Under the pieces are notes generated by a model, which saw only the letters and a list, made by a program, of their open reading frames with translations, was not told where the DNA came from and did not search any database. DNA of 35,159 nt from a virus (Duplodnaviria; Caudoviricetes): IMG/VR virus record IMGVR_UViG_3300046779_001090, positions 1 to 35,159 of that record. One strand, 5' to 3'. A program made the translations under genes and the position numbers. Positions 26,698 to 34,563 of the stretch are shown here, piece by piece (position 1 is the stretch's first letter; every line of letters starts with the position of its first letter).

Positions 26698-26979
26698 GTG
26701 GTGGATGATAATCGGGTTTTGTGTAAGAGGTGTGGCCTTTCGTGGGAGGTTCCTCTGGTTAAACGCCGTCAGCAGGTGGTGTTGTGTGTGTCGTGTCGTA
26801 TGCGTCCTGCTTTGAGTATTCAGTATGGTTCGTCTCGGTGTGTGCCTTGGCGTGGTGATTTTGATCTTGAGGATAATCCGATGGTTGCGGGTGGTTTGTT
26901 GTTGCCTGGGGTTCGGTTGTGTGGGCATCGGGATTGTGTGAATCCTCATCATATTGAACTTGTCGTTGATGGGGAGTAG
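26698..26979 (+). CDS. Zn-finger protein with an HNH-like Zn-binding loop
   Basis: CKRC..CVSC ribbon, CVPWRG, CGHRDCVNPHH; possible leaderless start GTG 26701. Confidence 0.65.
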   Translation: MVDDNRVLCKRCGLSWEVPLVKRRQQVVLCVSCRMRPALSIQYGSSRCVPWRGDFDLEDNPMVAGGLLLPGVRLCGHRDCVNPHHIELVVDGE

Positions 26980-27023
26980 TGTTGTAGTACCCTGACTTGT
27001 TCAGGACTATGGAAAGAGCTGCT

Positions 27024-27431
27024 ATGGCTAAGTGTGATATTACGGTTCGTGGGAATCTTGGGGCTGATGTTGAGTCTAAGGTTTCTAAGGCTGGCAAGAT
27101 GTATTATGTGCTGCGTGTTGGGTCTACTCCTTCTAAGAAGAACGCTTCTGGTGAGTGGGAGAATGGCGAGACTATGTGGTTTAATGTGACTTCTTTTGAG
27201 GAGTTGAATCCTTTTGAGTTTGTGAAGGGTACTCCTGTTGAGGTTCATGGTTCGTTTGTGTTTAGGACTTATGCGAAACGTGATGGGTCTTTGGGTGTTG
27301 CGTTGGATGTTGTTGCTAACAAGATTGAGCGTGTTGTTCGTGAGCAGAAGAAGGTTGATTTTAAGGAGCAGGATTTGATTCCTGAGTCTTGGACTCCTAT
27401 TTCTGTGCACATGGATGATGCACCTTTTTAA
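27024..27431 (+). CDS. ssb: single-stranded DNA-binding protein
   Basis: ITVRGNLGAD, TMWFNVT, KGTPVEVHG, acidic DDAPF tail. Confidence 0.93.
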   Translation: MAKCDITVRGNLGADVESKVSKAGKMYYVLRVGSTPSKKNASGEWENGETMWFNVTSFEELNPFEFVKGTPVEVHGSFVFRTYAKRDGSLGVALDVVANKIERVVREQKKVDFKEQDLIPESWTPISVHMDDAPF

Positions 27432-27860
27432 TTGAAGGATTTATTTTTCTTCGTTGACGGTTCTCCTGCACCGCAAGGGTCTAAGACGGCTTATGTGCGT
27501 GGTGGGAGAGCCGTTCTCGTTGAGGCTAATAAGAGGCTTCCGGAGTGGCGTTTGGCTGTTACTGATGCAGCTCGTCAGGCGATGCATGATTTGGAGCAGG
27601 TTGTTCCGTTTGATCAGCCGATTCGTTTAGAGGTCACGTTTTTTATTGCTCGTCCTGCTAAACCTAAGCATCCTGTTTATCCTGGCTCTAAACCGGATTT
27701 AGATCATTACATTCGTGCCGTAGGCGATTCGTTGACTCGTGCCGGTGCGATTGTTGATGATTCTTTGATCGTGGACATTGTGGCTAAGAAGCGTTGGTGT
27801 GGGTCTACTACTGATACTTACCCGACTCCTGGGGCGAAGGTGTTTATAACGGTTGTGTAA
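27432..27860 (+). CDS. rusA: RusA-like Holliday junction resolvase
   Basis: PAPQGSK, KPDLDHYIRAVGDSL, DDSLIV. Confidence 0.92.
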   Translation: MKDLFFFVDGSPAPQGSKTAYVRGGRAVLVEANKRLPEWRLAVTDAARQAMHDLEQVVPFDQPIRLEVTFFIARPAKPKHPVYPGSKPDLDHYIRAVGDSLTRAGAIVDDSLIVDIVAKKRWCGSTTDTYPTPGAKVFITVV

Positions 27861-27876
27861 CGGCTCGTGTCGTAAG

Positions 27877-27906
27877 TTGACTTGCACCGCTTTCTTACCA
27901 TAGATT
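27877..27906 (+). promoter_or_regulatory. sigma70/SigA promoter
   Basis: TTGACT, 18 bp, TAGATT in an intergenic gap, followed by a GAAAGGGAA RBS. Confidence 0.65.
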
Positions 27907-27936
27907 TGGTTATACGGCAAGAGAAAGGGAAAGCAA

Positions 27937-28230
27937 ATGCCTAGAGCAAGAAAAACAGATCCGTACACATCACATGATGCAGCTCGGTCTGTTAAGAATT
28001 TTACTGAGGTTCAGACGGTTATTTATGAACTGTTGAATACTCCTATGACGGATGAGGATTTGGTTCCTCAGTATGAGCAGTTGATGAATTTTGGTACTGC
28101 ACCTATGGCTTCGCCGTCTACTATTCGTACGGCTCGTCATCATTTGGTTGATAAGGGTTTTGTTATTGATGTTGGTGAGGGTCAGTCTCGGTTTGGTCGT
28201 AAGGCTTTGATTTGGGGGCGTAGACGATGA
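27937..28230 (+). CDS. winged-helix DNA-binding protein
   Basis: ARKTDPYTSHDAA N-terminus; TDEDL..STIRTARHHLVDKGFV..GRKALIW. Confidence 0.7.
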   Translation: MPRARKTDPYTSHDAARSVKNFTEVQTVIYELLNTPMTDEDLVPQYEQLMNFGTAPMASPSTIRTARHHLVDKGFVIDVGEGQSRFGRKALIWGRRR

Positions 28231-28451
28231 ATCAGGAGATTGAGAAAGCAATTATTGATCAAATTAATAAGGTTTGGGAACAGGCTTTGAAGGTTGGCAT
28301 TTCTGATGAGCGGGAACGCATTATCAAATTGCTAGATAAGCACGAATGGTTTGAACAAGGCGAAAAAGATGAAGTCTTAGGAATACTTGACGGCACTTAT
28401 CAATGTGAATGTATTGGCTGTAAACAACTTATCAAGGGAGAAACAAAATGA
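28227..28451 (+). CDS. hypothetical protein (ERERIIKLL motif)
   Basis: ATGA-coupled small ORF with CEC..C. Confidence 0.6.
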   Translation: MNQEIEKAIIDQINKVWEQALKVGISDERERIIKLLDKHEWFEQGEKDEVLGILDGTYQCECIGCKQLIKGETK

Positions 28452-28627
28452 ACATACATGGATTCTTTGAAAATCAAACTTGTGAACAATACCTACCTAA
28501 AAAGAAACACAAACTAATCGGCTTAATAGCTCAATGTGAAGAATGTCGAGAATATTATGTTTTAAGGACTAATTACACTGCACTTATTTGGCGACCAGCA
28601 TCTGGAGCAAAGGAAAAAATTAAATGA
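28448..28627 (+). CDS. hypothetical protein (59 aa, CEEC)
   Basis: MNIHGFFENQTCEQ...; AAGGGAG RBS; ATGA overlaps at both ends. Confidence 0.6.
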   Translation: MNIHGFFENQTCEQYLPKKKHKLIGLIAQCEECREYYVLRTNYTALIWRPASGAKEKIK

Positions 28628-28809
28628 GCACACCTATTTTTGATGCTGTTAAAGCACAGTTCGATGACGCTATTGCCTCAGCAGAACAACGAGCAACACT
28701 AGAAATAAAGACCAAAGTTTTAGACACGTTGAAGCCTTTGAAGTCTAAGACCGCAGCTGTAAAAAGTTTGATTGAGGAGTTGGAAAATGGAACTGATGCA
28801 GGTAAGTAA
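28624..28809 (+). CDS. hypothetical protein
   Basis: 61 aa, AAGGA RBS. Confidence 0.6.
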   Translation: MSTPIFDAVKAQFDDAIASAEQRATLEIKTKVLDTLKPLKSKTAAVKSLIEELENGTDAGK

Positions 28810-28975
28810 GCAAGGGTTCCTTCGGGCTCTTGAGGAGGGTATGTCTGAGGCTAGGGCTGATGAGCGTATGCGTATCGCTAATTTGGTTGAGGACATGATT
28901 CACGAGGATTTGCCTGGTGGGTACATTGTGTTGTTGCGTCAGGTGCGGGACAAGATCATTTCGGGAGGAAACTAA
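28787..28975 (+). CDS. hypothetical protein
   Basis: GAGGAG RBS before ATG 28787; DERMRIANL resembles the motif in 28227-28451. Confidence 0.55.
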   Translation: MELMQVSKQGFLRALEEGMSEARADERMRIANLVEDMIHEDLPGGYIVLLRQVRDKIISGGN

Positions 28976-29220
28976 TGAAGGTAACAGTTTGGACTAAGAG
29001 TTCGTGTGTGCAGTGTGACATGACTAAGAAGCAGTTTGACAAGTTGGGCATTGTTTATGAGGAGCAGTCTCTTGAGGAGAACCCGCTTGTTTTGGAGGGC
29101 TTTAAGGCTCAGGGGCTTCTTGCAGCTCCGATTGTGACTACTGATACTAAGGCTTGGTCTGGGTTCCGGTTGGACAAGATTCAGTCGTTGGCTCGTCACC
29201 TAAAGAGCGTAGGCGAGTGA
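28975..29220 (+). CDS. nrdH: NrdH-like glutaredoxin
   Basis: VTVWTKSSCVQC, APIV, WSGFRLDKI. Confidence 0.93.
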   Translation: MKVTVWTKSSCVQCDMTKKQFDKLGIVYEEQSLEENPLVLEGFKAQGLLAAPIVTTDTKAWSGFRLDKIQSLARHLKSVGE

Positions 29221-29306
29221 CACAAGGTTTGGGCTGGTTCATGATCTGCATGGGACTGGCTTTAGCAGTTGTAATTATTGAACTTATAAGGAGAAACAAT
29301 GAGTGA
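29217..29306 (+). CDS. tiny membrane peptide (29 aa)
   Basis: MTQGLGWFMICMGLALAVVIIELIRRNNE; GTGA overlap; fills the gap. Confidence 0.45.
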   Translation: MTQGLGWFMICMGLALAVVIIELIRRNNE

Positions 29307-29463
29307 CATTTCTGAAAGGGAAGCGGCTCTGCTAATGGTAGAGATGCGACTTCAGTTGTTAGAGATTGGGCTGAATAGCCTGAACAAGATTATTGATGAG
29401 TGTGCCAAGTCTGTTGATGAGATGGAGAAGGCTGTTAAGGAGATTTATGGATCCCGTGATTGA
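29299..29463 (+). CDS. hypothetical coiled-coil protein (54 aa)
   Basis: AAGGAG RBS; MSDISEREAALLMVEMRL... Confidence 0.65.
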   Translation: MSDISEREAALLMVEMRLQLLEIGLNSLNKIIDECAKSVDEMEKAVKEIYGSRD

Positions 29464-29635
29464 GCAAGCGATGGAGTTGCTGGAGTCACCTAATTTGGTT
29501 TGGTCAGCAGACTTTGATCACATTCGTCACCACTTGTGGGCGATTCTTAAAGAAGAACAACGCAGCTATGCACCGTATGAGGCTACAAGAAACTTATGCG
29601 AAGCATTACTAGAGGAATTTCCTGTTAACCGATAG
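29447..29635 (+). CDS. hypothetical protein
   Basis: AAGGAG RBS before ATG 29447 (MDPVIEQ...). Confidence 0.6.
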   Translation: MDPVIEQAMELLESPNLVWSADFDHIRHHLWAILKEEQRSYAPYEATRNLCEALLEEFPVNR

Positions 29636-29644
29636 GGTTGAACT

Positions 29645-29875
29645 ATGAGCATTTTAAAAGGGATGACCCCACCGGTCAGAATCCGTGTTTGTCGTATTGA
29701 AGAAGTAGCCAAAGGGCTTGGTAAGGAAGATGCGGAGATTCTTCGGAACGCTGTCGTTGATCCTGCTTGGTCTGTGAACGCCTTGATTTCGGCGTTGTCG
29801 GCTCGTGGCGTTTTGTTGTCTAGGACAAGTCTTGAGCGTCACCGTGGAAAGCGTTGCCCGTGCTCGAAGATCTGA
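29645..29875 (+). CDS. small HTH-like / Zn-binding protein
   Basis: LISALSARGVLLSRTSLERHRGKRCPC; leaderless-type TAGGGT 6 nt upstream. Confidence 0.6.
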   Translation: MSILKGMTPPVRIRVCRIEEVAKGLGKEDAEILRNAVVDPAWSVNALISALSARGVLLSRTSLERHRGKRCPCSKI

Positions 29876-31029
29876 CACCAGCCTCAAAGGTTGATGTTCC
29901 TAAAGACTGGCGACCTGCTGTCGAGTTCAATGGGTCTGAGGGTGAAGCCACTACGCAGGGCTTTTTACCTGATGAGAAACCCGACTTTGACAAGTTCTTA
30001 GTTGAGGCTGGATTTGATCCGGCTGAGATTGAGATTGTTGGAGAACCTAGAACTAGCCGATGGCAGGTTGCCCGACCTTTCCCTCTTGATCCGCAGTGGT
30101 TGACGGCGTATAGGTTCCGGTTCCGTAAGAAGGGTGTCTTTGAGACGGATTTGCCTACTTTGTACGCTCAGGCTAAGAAGGCTGTGCCTAAACCGGTTAG
30201 GTCTGGTGTTGATGGTAAAGCGTTTGTGATTGTGGCCGCTGACTTTCAGGTTGGCAAGGTTGGGTCTAGGGGTAATACTCAGGATTTGGTTGCTCGTGTG
30301 TTTGAGTCTTATAAGGCTATTGAGGCGAAACTTAAAGCGGGCAAGTATGAGAAGGTCATTATTGTTGACGCTGGGGACATTATTGAGTCTGTGTCTAATC
30401 AGGCTTCTATGGCACAGTTGGAATCAAACGACCTGAGCCCGATGCAACAGGTGGATTTGGCAGCTGCTTTGATGTGGGATCTGATCAAGATTGCTCACAA
30501 GTACGCACCAGTCACTTACGCCTCTGTAGCGTCTAACCACTGCCAGTTCCGGTTCAACGGTCAAACAGTTGGTAAGCCAGGTTTGGACGACTGGGGCATT
30601 GTTATTCTCCAGCAACTTCGCCGTCTAACAACCGAACTCGGTATGGATGTCAATTACCTGATTCCACAACCGTATGACGAATCGCTCGCATTTGACGTAT
30701 GGGGCGATAACTTTCACGTTTTGGCAGTAGCACACGGTCATCAGGCTAAACGCCCTAACAGCGTCCAACAGTGGCTGGAGAAGCAAGCATTTGGTCAAGG
30801 GCCATGCTCAAACTTCACTACTTTCATTTCTGGTCACTTTCACCACCTCAGGGTTGAGGAAATTGGTCAGGCACACAACGGAGGATCTCGGTGGTGGGTT
30901 CAAGCCTCAACAAGCGATAACGGTTCTGATTGGTTTCGTCTAATGTCAGGAAATGACTCCAGTACGGGCATTACTTGTTTTGAACTGGTTAAGGGTTTGC
31001 ACTTTAAGGGCACAGTATATAAACTGTAA
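29854..31029 (+). CDS. calcineurin-like metallophosphoesterase (Mre11/SbcD-like fold)
   Basis: ADFQVGK, GDIIE, SNH, HGH, GHFHH metal-binding motifs. Confidence 0.85.
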   Translation: MPVLEDLTPASKVDVPKDWRPAVEFNGSEGEATTQGFLPDEKPDFDKFLVEAGFDPAEIEIVGEPRTSRWQVARPFPLDPQWLTAYRFRFRKKGVFETDLPTLYAQAKKAVPKPVRSGVDGKAFVIVAADFQVGKVGSRGNTQDLVARVFESYKAIEAKLKAGKYEKVIIVDAGDIIESVSNQASMAQLESNDLSPMQQVDLAAALMWDLIKIAHKYAPVTYASVASNHCQFRFNGQTVGKPGLDDWGIVILQQLRRLTTELGMDVNYLIPQPYDESLAFDVWGDNFHVLAVAHGHQAKRPNSVQQWLEKQAFGQGPCSNFTTFISGHFHHLRVEEIGQAHNGGSRWWVQASTSDNGSDWFRLMSGNDSSTGITCFELVKGLHFKGTVYKL

Positions 31030-31042
31030 GAAAAGGGGATTT

Positions 31043-31300
31043 ATGTGTTCAGTAGAGAATTGCAGTAGAAACAAATACACTCGTGGGCTGTGTCAAGCAC
31101 ACTACATGGCGGCTTATCGTGTCAGAAAATCTGGTTTGTCAAAATCTGGTTTAGATCCGGCTATAAATCTGGTTGTTGCCGAAAAATTTGGTTCAAAAAT
31201 CTGCTCGGAGTGTGCAGCTCCTGTGCATGGCAAAGGGTTATGTGGGACGCATTACGCCAGGTTGCTACGGGCGAGAAAGAAGCAAAATGAAACTGTATAA
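31043..31300 (+). CDS. tandem C3H zinc-finger protein
   Basis: Two C..C....GLC..HY units; AAGGGG RBS before ATG 31043. Confidence 0.65.
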   Translation: MCSVENCSRNKYTRGLCQAHYMAAYRVRKSGLSKSGLDPAINLVVAEKFGSKICSECAAPVHGKGLCGTHYARLLRARKKQNETV

Positions 31301-31511
31301 GGTTTATAGGGCATACAAGCGTGGGGTTGAAACCGAACGTACTCGTTGTATCAACGTTGTTAAAGATGTTTTTAATGGCATAGAAACTTACGATATTGAA
31401 TTGATGCTTGAAATTAGAGCTCGGGTAGATAAAGCACTTGGTGAGATTTCTTTGATTGGTGATTTAAAGGGCACTGGTTTGGAAACCCCTATTAAAACTG
31501 AAAAAAGGTAA
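31287..31511 (+). CDS. hypothetical protein
   Basis: MKLYKVYRAYKRGVETERTRCI...; fills the gap. Confidence 0.55.
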   Translation: MKLYKVYRAYKRGVETERTRCINVVKDVFNGIETYDIELMLEIRARVDKALGEISLIGDLKGTGLETPIKTEKR

Positions 31512-31513
31512 AA

Positions 31514-31687
31514 ATGCCGGTCTATGACTTTAAGTGTGAGTGTGGGAAAACAAACACGCTAACCGTTGGTTTCAGAGAAATTGATGGGTTTCAGTGCCGG
31601 TGTGAGTGTGGCAAATTGATGACACGCCAGTACGGTGTTGGAGCCATTACCTTTAAGGGATCTGGTTGGGGCAAGGATAAGAACTAG
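31514..31687 (+). CDS. FmdB-like zinc-ribbon protein (57 aa)
   Basis: MPVYDFKCECG...CECGKLMTR...FKGSGW. Confidence 0.85.
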   Translation: MPVYDFKCECGKTNTLTVGFREIDGFQCRCECGKLMTRQYGVGAITFKGSGWGKDKN

Positions 31688-32013
31688 TGGGTCGTTTTCC
31701 TAAACCTTGTGCTGATTGTGGTGTGTTAACTTCTGGTGGTAATCGGTGCGACTATCACGAAAATTTGGTTAAAAAACTTCACGACATTAAACGGGCTGAG
31801 GTTAAGAAAAATTCTGGTCAGTATTCTGGTTCTTATCGGGCTAGAGCTGCGGCTGTTCGTGCAAGTGCTTTGGTGTGTTGGTTGTGTGGTGAGGGTGCTC
31901 GTGCTGGGGATCCTTGGGAAGCGGATCACGTTATTCCGGCAGAATCTGGTTCGACAGCGGAGTTGAGAGCTGCACATCGGACTTGTAATCGTAAGCGGTC
32001 AAATCTGGTTTGA
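31687..32013 (+). CDS. HNH endonuclease (packaging-associated, HK97 gp74-like)
   Basis: KPCADCG, CWLCG, ADHVIP, AAHRTCNRKRS. Confidence 0.85.
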   Translation: MGRFPKPCADCGVLTSGGNRCDYHENLVKKLHDIKRAEVKKNSGQYSGSYRARAAAVRASALVCWLCGEGARAGDPWEADHVIPAESGSTAELRAAHRTCNRKRSNLV

Positions 32014-32140
32014 AAATTTGGTCAGAAAAAATTTGGTCAAAATCTGGTTAAAAAATTTGGTTGGAAAAAATCTGGTCAAAATCTGGTTGGAAAATTTGGT
32101 CAAAATTTGGTCAAAATCTGGTCAAAATCTGGTCAAAAAT
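32001..32140 (+). repeat. array of 11 AAAT(C/T)TGGT repeats, ~11-15 bp spacing
   Basis: Counted directly; the last copies form exact 11 bp CAAAATYTGGT tandem units. Confidence 0.95.
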
Positions 32141-32163
32141 CACGATGACGGACAAAAATCGGC

Positions 32164-32224
32164 TCGAACAGGTGTTCGTTTGTCAAGCCCCTGTTGATAA
32201 CTATTTATTCGAACAGGTGTTCGG
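32164..32224. promoter_or_regulatory. two LexA (SOS) boxes, actinobacterial type
   Basis: TCGAAC-AGGT-GTTCG at 32164-32178 and 32209-32223; consensus TCGAAC-N4-GTTCGA. Confidence 0.75.
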
Positions 32225-32262
32225 TGGATAAGTCTGCGGATAACTTAACCGCTTGTGGATAA
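32192..32262 (-). promoter_or_regulatory. cluster of four co-oriented DnaA boxes
   Basis: TGTTGATAA 32192, GGTGGATAA 32223, TGCGGATAA 32235, perfect TGTGGATAA 32254 (reverse complement TTATCCACA). Confidence 0.75.
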
Positions 32263-32403
32263 CTTAAAACATGTCTAAGCGTGGCAGTGCATGAGTTACG
32301 AGCTAGGCACGAGAGCCGATAGCATGGCAACCACCGCCGGCCTATGGCCTAAATGTAATGAGTTGACCGTTACCTAATTGTTATAAAAAATGAACGTTCA
32401 AAC

Positions 32404-32433
32404 TTGACACTTATAGCGTTTTTTTACTAATCT
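32404..32433 (+). promoter_or_regulatory. strong sigma70/SigA early promoter
   Basis: TTGACA, 18 bp, TAATCT with an AT-rich upstream tract; hairpin CCTAGTAA/TTGCTAGG downstream. Confidence 0.75.
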
Positions 32434-32478
32434 ATTCCTAACCTAGTAAATTGCTAGGCGTGAATAAAGGGGTAAAAC

Positions 32479-32637
32479 GTGAAGCTAATCAGACTAATAG
32501 GCATAAGTGCCGCTGTAGGCCTAATTTTAGGCTTTATAGATAACCTAACCGACCGTAACCTAGCCGCTATTTTAGGCGTGTCTCTAATCTTAGGCGGCCT
32601 AATTCTTATCGTGAAAATGGAGCGTAAAAATGACTAA
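32479..32637 (+). CDS. small two-TM membrane protein (52 aa)
   Basis: MKLIRLIGISAAVGLILGFIDNLTDRNLAAILGVSLILGGLILIVKMERKND; AAGGGG RBS. Confidence 0.7.
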   Translation: MKLIRLIGISAAVGLILGFIDNLTDRNLAAILGVSLILGGLILIVKMERKND

Positions 32638-33367
32638 CGTAACCGCTCAGAAAATTGCCGACATGCTAACCGAAAACACTGGCGGCTCGATGCTCGACTC
32701 CGGCGGCTATTACGGCCGCCACTGGGAGCGTAACGCCGGCAAAACGGTTGCAGACTTTGAGAGTGCACCGGCCGGCACTATAGATGAATATGGTGAGATT
32801 ACGCTCGACCTATTCCATTACCTAAACGACCGCTTAGAGTACGCCCCGGCCCTAGATGCCGCATGGTCAAAATATGATGGTGATCACCCTAATGAATCAT
32901 GGAGCCACAACATAGAGACATTTTTAGACATGCTAGGGGTTGCCAGTGACTCAGGATATTACGAGGGTGGCCGCTGGGGGTTCAACACTTATAACTTTGG
33001 AAATTGTCTACTTAGTCAAACTATCCAAAGTACAGCGTTTAGCTTAGGTAATACCGAATATCTTATTTTGCAAGTGCACGGCGGTTGTGACGTACGAGGT
33101 GGATATACTAAGCCGGTCATTTTCACTGGAGATATTGAGTCGGTAATCTGCGGCGTAAGTGATGCCATGCTCCGATGCAGTGAGTGTGAGTTTTATATCG
33201 ACTATTGCGATGGTCAAGTCAACTATTACGAATTACCCGATGCTGAAGCTACGCCGGATATGCTAATCGAGCTAACCGTACCCCGTGAGTGGGAGCCATC
33301 CGATGACTGGCATGCCGGTAACGGTTGCCCTATTGACCACAAGCCGCTAATCGTACAAGGGAGATAA
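32630..33367 (+). CDS. hypothetical early protein (acidic, C-terminal Cys cluster)
   Basis: 245 aa; MLTENTG..LDSGGYYGRHWERN, QVHGGCDVRGGYT. Confidence 0.75.
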   Translation: MTNVTAQKIADMLTENTGGSMLDSGGYYGRHWERNAGKTVADFESAPAGTIDEYGEITLDLFHYLNDRLEYAPALDAAWSKYDGDHPNESWSHNIETFLDMLGVASDSGYYEGGRWGFNTYNFGNCLLSQTIQSTAFSLGNTEYLILQVHGGCDVRGGYTKPVIFTGDIESVICGVSDAMLRCSECEFYIDYCDGQVNYYELPDAEATPDMLIELTVPREWEPSDDWHAGNGCPIDHKPLIVQGR

Positions 33368-33372
33368 CCAAA

Positions 33373-33948
33373 ATGGAGCCAATTACAACACACGATATAA
33401 ACGACACGACACGCCTAGCCGCCTACCTTGATTATGGCACTTATGACTGGAGCGAGCTAACGGGCGATGGTGTCGGAATTTACACGCTTGATATTGCTCG
33501 CAACTTAGGCATTACTAATGGCGGCCAGTGCACGGATGACCTTGACCGTCTAACCCGTGACCTTGACCGTGACCGCTGGGAGCGAGCTATCGGCCTATAT
33601 ATGCACCTAGCTAACCGGACATATAAAACGCTGGCATTACGTGGCTACTCGCAGGGTGAGTGGGCCGATGTTATTGTCTATGCCGATGCCGGCCCTAATG
33701 GTGAATGGCTAAATAGTAAAAATGCCACCGCCGATATTGAGGCATGGTTCAGGGGGGACATTTACACGGTGGCCCTTGAGTCGCTAGAGACTTACGTCAA
33801 CGCTAAAAATGGCGACACTTTGCAACGCTGGGAGATTACCGAATCATGCGGCATGGTAACCCTATCGAATGACTATACGCTGGCCGATGCCGGCCGTGAC
33901 ATATTCGGCAGTGATGCAGTGGCTAAAAATGAGTTGATCAACTCATGA
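33373..33948 (+). CDS. hypothetical early protein (acidic)
   Basis: 191 aa; RGYSQGEW and WFRGDIY motifs. Confidence 0.75.
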   Translation: MEPITTHDINDTTRLAAYLDYGTYDWSELTGDGVGIYTLDIARNLGITNGGQCTDDLDRLTRDLDRDRWERAIGLYMHLANRTYKTLALRGYSQGEWADVIVYADAGPNGEWLNSKNATADIEAWFRGDIYTVALESLETYVNAKNGDTLQRWEITESCGMVTLSNDYTLADAGRDIFGSDAVAKNELINS

Positions 33949-34226
33949 AGTCACAAGATTACACGGTCACAAGCTGGGCCGATGGTTACGGTAATTGGCA
34001 TGCTAAAGCAACCTTTACCGTACCGCTAGGCAACACGGGTGAAGCTGAGAGAGTGGCCGAAAATGCCCACCGCTCATGCCGCCGTGTTATACGTAATGAA
34101 ATAAGTTACCGGATGGCCGGCCGGCCACGCCGCCTATCGTATTACGTGAGTGCCAATGAGTTTGAGCCAGGAATCGGCCGGCTCAAGTCAATAACAATAA
34201 GTGAACAGATAAGGGGTAAAAAATAA
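33945..34226 (+). CDS. hypothetical early protein
   Basis: 93 aa, ATGA coupling. Confidence 0.65.
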   Translation: MKSQDYTVTSWADGYGNWHAKATFTVPLGNTGEAERVAENAHRSCRRVIRNEISYRMAGRPRRLSYYVSANEFEPGIGRLKSITISEQIRGKK

Positions 34227-34227
34227 A

Positions 34228-34563
34228 ATGAGTAATTACACGTTTATAAGTGGAGACACTTACGAGGTAACCGCCGGCAGTGTTGTTGAAGCTGAGGGAA
34301 TTATCAGCGACTATCTGAGTGGCAACCTAGCCAATAGTGATGCAGTGACCGCCGGCGAAACTAACACGGTAATTTATAGCATCGAGACCGAATCGGGGTT
34401 CGAGCCTAATCAGCTTCATTACTCGATGGATGAACTAGGAGTTTGCTACGATACGGACCACCTAATCATGCTATTTCAAGAGTTGCTGGATGATGGTTAT
34501 ACGGGCCTAAGTTTCGGGTTAGTTATTGACCTTATAAAGTCAAGACTGGAGCCGGTGGCCTAG
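34228..34563 (+). CDS. hypothetical early protein (very acidic)
   Basis: 111 aa, AAGGGG RBS. Confidence 0.65.
   Translation: MSNYTFISGDTYEVTAGSVVEAEGIISDYLSGNLANSDAVTAGETNTVIYSIETESGFEPNQLHYSMDELGVCYDTDHLIMLFQELLDDGYTGLSFGLVIDLIKSRLEPVA

Noticed and set aside
32001-32140. CRISPR array
   Set aside because: Repeats are only 9-11 bp with 1-6 bp gaps; there are no unique spacers and no cas genes.
32158-32186. Leftward promoter (TTGACA on the minus strand at 32181-32186) with a LexA box in its spacer
   Set aside because: No acceptable -10 box at 16-18 bp and no leftward gene; left unannotated.
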